A program made the position numbers and the translations under genes. A stretch of 64,000 bases of DNA, taken from assembly GCA_937893125.1 (NCBI GenBank), contig CALBHW010000050.1:3847-67846 (forward strand), read 5' to 3'. Below the pieces are notes generated by a model. It saw only the letters and a program-made list of their open reading frames with translations, had not been told where the DNA came from and did not search any database. Origin of the DNA: an uncultured Clostridia bacterium (GTDB lineage: Bacteria; Bacillota; Clostridia; Christensenellales; UBA1242). Below are positions 57,060 through 64,000 of this stretch, one piece after another; within the stretch, counting starts at the first letter, position 1, and each line of letters begins with the position of its first letter.

Positions 57060-58322
57060 TTGGGAACTATCAAAAAGGCAATCGAAAATCTGCTTGGTTG
57101 GAATAAGACAAATGTTTTTAATAGTAAGTTTATTACCGCTAATCAAGTTTTGTTTTCGTCTTTTGGTAAAGACATTACGGCAAGCGATATTGTTAAAACA
57201 GCAATACATCGTATAGCAGAGGAAGTGTCAAAATGTAATATCAAATCAGTTATTGAGAAAAACAGTCCTAAAACCGTTGAAATACTTGACGATGATATAA
57301 ATGCCGTGTTTTCACAAAGGCTCAACCCTTTATGTGGTTTAAAGGATTTTTTATACAAGATTACATATTTAACAATGGTAAATCAAAACTGCTTTATTTA
57401 TTGGAAATATGACGAAGTGCCAATCAAAGGTACAGAATATGTAAGGCGTGTTACAAGAGGCTTTTATCCTATCGAAAATGCAAAGGCACACATATATCTG
57501 ACAAGCGAAAATGAAATGCGTATCGAATTAACAAGCCTATCAAACGATGTTGTGTTTGATTTGCCATATAGCGATGTAATACACATTAGACATCGTTACG
57601 GCGCTAATCAATATTTAGGTGGCGGAATAAATGGCTCGCCCGATAATCGTGGACTGTTGGAAAATTTACAAACAATACAGGTTATCAAAGAGGCTATACC
57701 AAAATCATTAGAGGCAAGTTTATCGTTAAAAGGAATTTTAACAATGAAAACTGTTGCCGATGTTGATAAAAAGGTAATCGCTCGCGACGAATTTGAGGAG
57801 CATTTGTTTAATTCTAAATATGGAATTATGGCAACAGATTACGAAAGCGATTTTACGCCCGTAAATATTAGTGCGACCGACATACCCACAAATATTTTAT
57901 CATTTTTACGCGACGAGATATTATCGCCGCTTGGTGTAAGTTTACCAATTTACTTAGGTAAATATACTGACGACGAATACACGGCATTTTACCAAACAGC
58001 AATTGAAGGTTTATTGCTTGAAATACAACAGGCATTTAAAATTGTATTATTTACCGATAGGCAGATACAATACGGACACACTATTAAATGCTATGACAGA
58101 TTAATACAATCATTATCTTTTAGTAGACGACAAGAAATTTGCGAAATGACACGCGACGACGCATTGTTATCACGCACGGAACGCCGAGAGTTGTTAGGAT
58201 ATGAACCTGACGGCGAACCAACCCGTATGTCGCTAAACTATATCGACACCTCGATTGCTAACAAGTATCAATTGGAAGATATAAAAAATAAAGCACAGGA
58301 GGATAACAATGCCACAGGTTAA
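57060..58322 (+). CDS. Portal protein (HK97 family)
   Basis: 420 aa. Position after the terminase. TTG start after GGGGAGG. Confidence 0.85.
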   Translation: MGTIKKAIENLLGWNKTNVFNSKFITANQVLFSSFGKDITASDIVKTAIHRIAEEVSKCNIKSVIEKNSPKTVEILDDDINAVFSQRLNPLCGLKDFLYKITYLTMVNQNCFIYWKYDEVPIKGTEYVRRVTRGFYPIENAKAHIYLTSENEMRIELTSLSNDVVFDLPYSDVIHIRHRYGANQYLGGGINGSPDNRGLLENLQTIQVIKEAIPKSLEASLSLKGILTMKTVADVDKKVIARDEFEEHLFNSKYGIMATDYESDFTPVNISATDIPTNILSFLRDEILSPLGVSLPIYLGKYTDDEYTAFYQTAIEGLLLEIQQAFKIVLFTDRQIQYGHTIKCYDRLIQSLSFSRRQEICEMTRDDALLSRTERRELLGYEPDGEPTRMSLNYIDTSIANKYQLEDIKNKAQEDNNATG

Positions 58323-59010
58323 TTTTAAAAACGAAATTGAAAGGCGTCAATACACAAGAGATTTAACACAAGCAAACATTGACCCTATTGCAGGATTTGT
58401 TGAAGGTTATGCTATTGTGTTTGAGAAAATAACCCCTATTGGCGATTTATTTTATGAGATTATCGACAGACACGCACTTGACGAGGCGGATTTGAGTGAT
58501 ATTAAATTTTTTATTAATCATAACGATATGATGTTACCACTAGCCCGTCATAGACGCGGTAAAAGGTCAACAATGGATATATCTATTGACGACCACGGAT
58601 TAAAAATTAATTCAAATCTCGACATCGAAAACAATGCCGACTCTAAAAAACTTTGCTCAGCAATTATTAGAGGTGATGTTGAGGATATGTCTTTTGCCTT
58701 TGGAATAACCGTTGAAGGCGAAAGTTGGGAAAATATGAGCGATACAATGCCAATTAGGCGTATCACAAAAATTGGGAAGGTCTTTGAGGTTAGCGCCGTT
58801 AACGACGGGGCGTATCCCCAAACTTCAATATCAGCCCGCTCGGCGTCGTTGGAAAATGAAAAAAGTGCGTTGGAAAACGCACGCGCCAAAGCGTTGGAAA
58901 ATGAAAAAAGGGTTGAAACCGAAAAGCGACAAGCGGCTTTATTGCTTGAAAAAAAGAAATTTTTATTTTTGGAGGAATTAAAATATGACACTAGAAGAAT
59001 TAATCGCTAA
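58309..59010 (+). CDS. Prohead maturation protease (HK97/S78 family)
   Basis: GYAIVF...FFINHN...FEVSAVNDGAYP pattern. Located between the portal and capsid genes. Confidence 0.8.
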   Translation: MPQVNFKNEIERRQYTRDLTQANIDPIAGFVEGYAIVFEKITPIGDLFYEIIDRHALDEADLSDIKFFINHNDMMLPLARHRRGKRSTMDISIDDHGLKINSNLDIENNADSKKLCSAIIRGDVEDMSFAFGITVEGESWENMSDTMPIRRITKIGKVFEVSAVNDGAYPQTSISARSASLENEKSALENARAKALENEKRVETEKRQAALLLEKKKFLFLEELKYDTRRINR

Positions 59011-60259
59011 AAGGAAGGAACTTTTGGCACAAGTAGCAGACGCAGACGCTGAAATGTTTGCCAAAATACAAGAAGAAATAAAAAAGGTTGATTACCAAAT
59101 CGAAGAAACCGAAAAGCAAGAAGAAAACGAAAGAAAGGCTGCGGAAACTGACGCAGAAAAAAGAGCAGCACGCAAACCAAATTATAGTGCAGACTCGAAA
59201 AAAGATGATGTAACCTTATTTAGAAGTGTAGATAACGCGGAAGATAAAGAACTTACAAAAGAACAATCATTAAGATTTGCAAAAATTGCCCTTGGTAAAC
59301 AAGTAAGAGCGAAATTAATGGATTTAAAGATAGATTTGTCTAAAAACGAAAAAAGAGCGCTTGGTATTGCGGTTACCACTTCAGCAACAACATATACAGC
59401 GCCAAGTGAAAGTGCTAATGGAGTAAATAATGGCGGTATTTTTATACCACAAAATGTACTTTATGATTTGCTGGAACTTGAACAGGTTGACAGCCCATTT
59501 TTACGCGATGTAATGCCAACACATATCAAAGGTGCTACAATATTCCCTTATGTTATTGAAAGTAGCAACGGCACTACAAAAGGTAAAAAAGAAACAGTTG
59601 CGGCAGATGACCGCACTATTAAATGGGGAAAACTTACTCTTGCGCAAGGTAACTACCCACTTACAATTGAAGTTACAATGGAACTATTGGCAATGACCGA
59701 CGAAGAGTTTGCAACCTATTTGCTTAATGACCTTGGTAATGAGGTTAACTTATTGCTTGCTGATGAGGCTCTTTACGGTACAGGCTCTGATGATAGGATT
59801 GCGGGAGTTACAGTTGGTGCTATTCAAGGCACAGCATATACAGCAGGAAGTGAGGCTGACGCAATTAAAACAGGTTTACTAACTTTATCTAAACGCGCAA
59901 GAAAAGGAGCAAAAGTTTATATCTCTCGCTCGATGTCATTGGCAATGGTGTTTGAGAAAGATAGTCAAGGTAGATACCAATTCCCAATTTATAACAATGA
60001 CGGTATTACTTCAATCGCAACAGTTCCTGTTGAAGTAGAAGAAGGATTGTCTAACGGCGATTTTGTTATTGGTAATGCAAAAAATTACAAACTTAACTTT
60101 GTCAAAGCGACTGAAATTTATCCTGAACTTCACGGAAAAACAAGAGTTATTGAATACACCGCACATCTTATGGTTGCAGGTAAAGCAGCACCTAACAAAT
60201 TCTATTATGGGAAGAAATCTACAACCACAACCCCAACAAATAACTCTGGCAATAATTAG
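58985..60259 (+). CDS. Major capsid protein (HK97 fold) with an N-terminal delta/scaffold-like coiled coil
   Basis: 424 aa. Coiled-coil N-terminus MTLEELIAKRKELLAQV, conserved gene order. Confidence 0.85.
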   Translation: MTLEELIAKRKELLAQVADADAEMFAKIQEEIKKVDYQIEETEKQEENERKAAETDAEKRAARKPNYSADSKKDDVTLFRSVDNAEDKELTKEQSLRFAKIALGKQVRAKLMDLKIDLSKNEKRALGIAVTTSATTYTAPSESANGVNNGGIFIPQNVLYDLLELEQVDSPFLRDVMPTHIKGATIFPYVIESSNGTTKGKKETVAADDRTIKWGKLTLAQGNYPLTIEVTMELLAMTDEEFATYLLNDLGNEVNLLLADEALYGTGSDDRIAGVTVGAIQGTAYTAGSEADAIKTGLLTLSKRARKGAKVYISRSMSLAMVFEKDSQGRYQFPIYNNDGITSIATVPVEVEEGLSNGDFVIGNAKNYKLNFVKATEIYPELHGKTRVIEYTAHLMVAGKAAPNKFYYGKKSTTTTPTNNSGNN

Positions 60260-60319
60260 TATTTGATGTGTTTTTAAGGGTCGCTTATGCAATCCGCAAA
60301 TAAAATTTAGGAGGACTTT

Positions 60320-60613
60320 ATGGCAGTATTAACCGATGTTGACAAAATACTTTATAAATTGGGGTATTACAACAGCGACCCAAATAAGACGCAAGAAATA
60401 CAAGGATATATCGACGAGGCTGTTGAGTTTATGAAGGAAAGTGGAATAACCGACAATCAACTAACAACTCAACGAGCCTTTGCGATAAAATCCATTTGGG
60501 CGGATTGTCGCGATAGAGGCGATGATAACAATATTATCCGCAAGGACGGTATGATAGTAAGTCTAATATCACAATTAAGAAGGTCAAAGAATGGCAGCAC
60601 AACAAACACCTAG
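60320..60613 (+). CDS. Head-tail connector (gp6-like)
   Basis: 97 aa. Position and size. Confidence 0.6.
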   Translation: MAVLTDVDKILYKLGYYNSDPNKTQEIQGYIDEAVEFMKESGITDNQLTTQRAFAIKSIWADCRDRGDDNNIIRKDGMIVSLISQLRRSKNGSTTNT

Positions 60614-61007
60614 AAAGCGAAGAACGCTTGTAAAATTCGCAATACAAAAAAGCGTTTATACACAAGGTCAAGGCGCAAGTACACAATGGTTAACAATACA
60701 AGTACCAATAGTTAAAGACAATGACGGTAATGTAATTGAGCAGACCGATTGTTTTTATTGCGAGTGGCTTGGTAGTTATGGTACAACAGCCATTGAACAG
60801 CAGGCAAATGGCGCGATTGACACCGCGCGTGTTCGACTACCTTATGTTGCCGAAATTTTGGAGGCTCTTAAAACAAAAGATGTTAAAATTTACAAAAACG
60901 GCAAAACCGACGCGCAAAATACATATCAATTAAATTCGTCGGCAGATAATTACCTTGAAAGCAATAAAATGATTGAGTTTCAAGTAAAAAGACGCGAGGA
61001 AAAATAA
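60591..61007 (+). CDS. Head closure / head-tail adaptor protein
   Basis: 138 aa. Position. Confidence 0.55.
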   Translation: MAAQQTPRKRRTLVKFAIQKSVYTQGQGASTQWLTIQVPIVKDNDGNVIEQTDCFYCEWLGSYGTTAIEQQANGAIDTARVRLPYVAEILEALKTKDVKIYKNGKTDAQNTYQLNSSADNYLESNKMIEFQVKRREEK

Positions 61008-61417
61008 TGAAAATAAGGAATTTGATACAAAACAAATTAGATGATTTGCTTTTAAAAGACGGAATTATGTCGCACCATATTAGGCGTGTTGAGATTGATG
61101 TAATAACCGACACAAAAGGCAATCAAATTAATATAAACAATGACGAGTATGTTGTTTATCGTGTTGTATCAAACAAAAGTCGTTTTTATGCGGACGGCAA
61201 GGCTGTTGCAACACAATTTTTTATAGATATTAGTTATTATTATCGATACAACAAAAATAATTTACAAATAGATGTGGCGGAGATAAGAATAAAATCAATC
61301 ATTGACTATTTTTTGAGCGACACACATTTTAAACTTATAAATGGTCAAAACGATTTGCCTGATATAGATAATACATATCGTGGTGTAAATTTTGAGTTTT
61401 CTTATTTAGGGGTGTAG
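61007..61417 (+). CDS. Neck/tail completion protein (unknown family)
   Basis: 136 aa. ATGA overlap with the previous gene. Confidence 0.45.
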   Translation: MKIRNLIQNKLDDLLLKDGIMSHHIRRVEIDVITDTKGNQININNDEYVVYRVVSNKSRFYADGKAVATQFFIDISYYYRYNKNNLQIDVAEIRIKSIIDYFLSDTHFKLINGQNDLPDIDNTYRGVNFEFSYLGV

Positions 61418-61419
61418 TT

Positions 61420-61794
61420 ATGGCAAAACAAACATCGCTTGAAAATTTAGCAGACAATTTGGACGAAATTTTTAAAGATTTTATCCACTCGTCTTTTGAA
61501 AAAAGACAAGAGGCTTTACAAGCAGGTGCGGAGGCATATATTGCAATTTTAGAAAGCACAGCGCCAAGAGATACAGGCGAATACGCACAATCATTTAGAG
61601 TTAAAACAAAATATAAAGACCGACGCTATGTTGGCAATATTAAAACCGTAAGTGGTGGCGGTAAAGACTCAATACCGTTATCAAACATTTTGGAGTATGA
61701 CAAGGAAGGCAAACATTTTGGCTTTATGCGTCAAACTTTTGATAATAATGAGTCAACAATTTTTAATGCTATTAAAAACAAATTAAATAATTAG
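61420..61794 (+). CDS. HK97 gp10-family tail completion protein
   Basis: ILESTAPRDTGEYAQSFRVK matches the gp10-family signature region. Confidence 0.65.
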   Translation: MAKQTSLENLADNLDEIFKDFIHSSFEKRQEALQAGAEAYIAILESTAPRDTGEYAQSFRVKTKYKDRRYVGNIKTVSGGGKDSIPLSNILEYDKEGKHFGFMRQTFDNNESTIFNAIKNKLNN

Positions 61795-61805
61795 GAGGAT
61801 TTACT

Positions 61806-62438
61806 ATGCCTAGTAATGAAAATAAAACTCTTGTAAGATTTAATATTCAAAATATTAAATATGCAACTATGAATGCGCAAGGTACATATAATACACCCGT
61901 ATCATATGGTACAGCCATTAAAATGGCTTTGGAGGCTAACTCTTCAATTAAAGACATTTTTGGCGACGGACGCAGAATTTGCTCAATTGTAAACGATAAA
62001 GGTAAAACGGGTACAATGACAACAAACAATATTAGCGACGATTACGAAGTTGCTATGGGTCGTAAAATTGTTACAGCAGTTGGGCTTGCTGATATACAGC
62101 AAAGAAAAAATGTTGTACACGCAATCTATTTTGAAACTAGCGGATTAAAAGGCGACGGCTCAATGCCACTGTCTAAAACTTGGCTGTTCGGTGTTACATC
62201 TTCAAGACCAAGTGAGTCGTACGACCAAAATACTGACGATGTCAACGAGTCAAGTTTTGATACCCCACTTGTTATTAGTGGTACTAATCTGTTAAATGCT
62301 GACGATACAAAATATGTTGACGATAAAGGCAACGAAGTAATGGTATGGCAATTAACGGTTACACCTGATGATGAAAATTTTGCAACATTTGGCAATGCTG
62401 TTGTGTTGCCTAAAATGGCTAGTGCAACGGAGGGCTAA
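61806..62438 (+). CDS. Major tail protein
   Basis: 210 aa. Located immediately before the chaperone pair and the tape measure. Confidence 0.7.
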   Translation: MPSNENKTLVRFNIQNIKYATMNAQGTYNTPVSYGTAIKMALEANSSIKDIFGDGRRICSIVNDKGKTGTMTTNNISDDYEVAMGRKIVTAVGLADIQQRKNVVHAIYFETSGLKGDGSMPLSKTWLFGVTSSRPSESYDQNTDDVNESSFDTPLVISGTNLLNADDTKYVDDKGNEVMVWQLTVTPDDENFATFGNAVVLPKMASATEG

Positions 62439-62834
62439 ATGTTAAATACAAAATTACCAATTGTTAAAAAATCATTTGACGAAACAACACAAAAATTAAA
62501 TGTGGTGCAAGATGAAATCGAAGTGTTGGTTGATACTTCTCTTTTTGCTGAGGAGCGCTGGGAAATAAACTTCCCAACAAATGCAAAAAAAGAAACCTTA
62601 TTTGCCTACATTGAAAGAGTGAAAGAAACGGGACTTATTGAAAGCAAGGCAAATATTTTGTCAAATCTTAAAGCCTTATATTGTTTTTTGGAAGGCAAAG
62701 ATATTGCGGACTTTAAGTCCTTTTGTCAATTATTCGACCTTGCTGAAGGCGAATATCTTAACAAGTTGATTGAAAAAATTAAACTTATCTTTGAATTGGT
62801 TTTAAAAAGTAGTGCAACAAACTCAAAAAACTAA
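62439..62834 (+). CDS. Tail assembly chaperone (gpG analogue)
   Basis: 131 aa. Ends at a slippery heptamer plus TAA. Confidence 0.7.
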   Translation: MLNTKLPIVKKSFDETTQKLNVVQDEIEVLVDTSLFAEERWEINFPTNAKKETLFAYIERVKETGLIESKANILSNLKALYCFLEGKDIADFKSFCQLFDLAEGEYLNKLIEKIKLIFELVLKSSATNSKN

Positions 62835-63139
62835 TTGAGCATAGTCAAAAACTAAAACAATTATACGATAAGGTTAAAATGCCTGACGATAATTATAAAC
62901 GGTTGGCTATGCCCCGTGTTTTAACAATAATGCAAAAATGTGTTGAACATAAAATACAAGATACTTTGTTAAATAGACTTCATTTTAACGATTTGTATTG
63001 TTTACTTTTATCATTAGATATTGCTAATTTAAGGCAATTAATAAAACAACAAAACAAAATGAAAAATAAAAACAAAAATAATATTGTTAAAGATATATCG
63101 CAAGAGGAGGCTGTAAAATTCTTAAAAGGAGGACAGTGA
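62439..63139 (+). CDS. Tail assembly chaperone frameshift product (gpGT analogue), -1 shift at 62825-62831
   Basis: The downstream ORF is in the -1 frame with no stop between the slip site and 62879. Confidence 0.6.
62825..62831 (+). promoter_or_regulatory. -1 programmed ribosomal frameshift site A_AAA_AAC
   Basis: The heptamer is in the correct zero-frame phase (tcA AAA AAC taa). The -1 frame is open from here into ORF 62879-63139. Confidence 0.65.
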
Positions 63140-63143
63140 TAAA

Positions 63144-64000
63144 ATGGCAACATCAATAAGAGGATTAACCGTTGAAATTAGCGCCGACGCGTCAAAGTTT
63201 AATAAATCAATGAAAGCGTTAAAAGACGACGCAAAGTCAGCGCAAAATGAATTAAACGCCCTCCAAAAAAGCCTTGAACTTGAATTTGATAGCAAAAAAT
63301 TTGAACAGGCACAAAAGAAAATGCAAGAAGTCATTGACTTATCTGCCGAAAAAGCAGATTTTTTGCGTCAAAGATTAAAAGAATTGGAAGATGTCGGAGC
63401 AGCAGATACAACACATTATCGAAAGATACAAGCCGATTTAGCACAGGCTGAATTAGAGGCACAAAAACTTCAGCAACAATTTGAAAAATTAAATGCTATG
63501 AAGTTTGAACACCTTGGCAATGCAATTGGCGATGTTGGCAACAAAATTACCAATGTGGGTAAAGCATTAACACCAATAAGCGTATTAAGTGCGGGTGCAT
63601 TAACGGGTTTGAGTGGTTTAGGAATAAAAGCAGCCGCAACAGGTGCTGAGATTGACGACCTATCAAATCGATTTGGTTTATCTGCCGAAAAAATACAAGA
63701 ATGGCAATATTTAGCAATGCAAACGGGTGTTGATGTTGAAGTGTTTAACAAGGCGCTTATCAAAGTGCGTGCAACAATGCTAGATTTAGCAACAGGCACA
63801 GAAAATAACGCAACAAAAGCATTGCAATCACTCGGTTTAAGTATGGAGCAATTTAATTCACAAGAAGAAATGTTTGACGGTGTAATTAATGCCCTTGCAG
63901 CAATGAAAGATAAAACATTGCAAGCAGCGTATGCTAATGAAGTATTTGGCGACAAGATTGCAACACAAATGTTACCTTTTTTAAATGCAGGCGAGGAAGA
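63144..64000 (+). CDS. Tape measure protein, N-terminal part (continues beyond the window)
   Basis: Open frame from the ATG after AAGGAGG. Translation MATSIRGLTVEISADASKFNKSMKALKDDAKSAQNELNALQKSL... is typical of a TMP N-terminus. The minus-strand ORFs in the track here are antisense artefacts. Confidence 0.85.
   Translation, partial: MATSIRGLTVEISADASKFNKSMKALKDDAKSAQNELNALQKSLELEFDSKKFEQAQKKMQEVIDLSAEKADFLRQRLKELEDVGAADTTHYRKIQADLAQAELEAQKLQQQFEKLNAMKFEHLGNAIGDVGNKITNVGKALTPISVLSAGALTGLSGLGIKAAATGAEIDDLSNRFGLSAEKIQEWQYLAMQTGVDVEVFNKALIKVRATMLDLATGTENNATKALQSLGLSMEQFNSQEEMFDGVINALAAMKDKTLQAAYANEVFGDKIATQMLPFLNAGEE

Larger units (their letters stand above)
42495..64000. mobile_element. Prophage (siphovirus-like, HK97-type head module), left part. 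attL must lie between 42311 and 42494; the right end is outside the window.
   Basis: Contiguous integrase, cI/Cro switch, early genes, HNH-TerS-TerL, portal, protease, capsid, connector, tail, chaperone frameshift and tape measure. Confidence 0.9.

Overview
Low-GC bacterial chromosome segment that uses the standard genetic code (TGA terminates several ORFs). The gene content looks Bacillota/Mollicutes-like.

Bases 1-42.3 kb are origin-proximal core genome. In order they carry: mnmG (3' end)-rsmG; parA; parB followed by a 660-bp non-coding island with three parS sites; a 5'-3' exonuclease; a small DnaA-box cluster; ftsH; tRNA-Gly(CCC); ychF; gap; fba; a PAP2 phosphatase; deoD; cmk; a DUF4143 ATPase; tyrS; a glycerol module (glpK divergent from a GlpA-like FAD dehydrogenase + FAD/NAD oxidoreductase + DUF1667 operon, plus a lipase-like hydrolase); prmC-prfA; a NADAR protein; greA. 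Small blocks of unknown genes and orphan XRE regulators are interspersed.

From about 42.5 kb to the window end is the left ~21.5 kb of a siphovirus-type prophage; its right end lies outside the window. It contains a large serine recombinase, a divergent cI/Cro-like switch, early genes including two DNA methyltransferases and an HUH Rep, then HNH, TerS/TerL, portal, protease, HK97-type capsid, neck and tail genes, a G/GT frameshift chaperone and the start of the tape measure.

No rRNA genes and no CRISPR array were seen.

Most unusual observations:
1. A circularly permuted C5-cytosine methyltransferase with a duplicated TRD-like module.
2. A ~130-nt structured element present twice in the host part.
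3. A start-less coding stretch in frame behind a TGA in the prophage.
4. A promoter-hairpins-terminator cassette (candidate sRNA) between the terminase module and the portal gene.
5. A membrane-anchored HIRAN-like protein in the integrase/repressor moron slot.

All functional calls rest on motif recognition by eye. No database search was possible.
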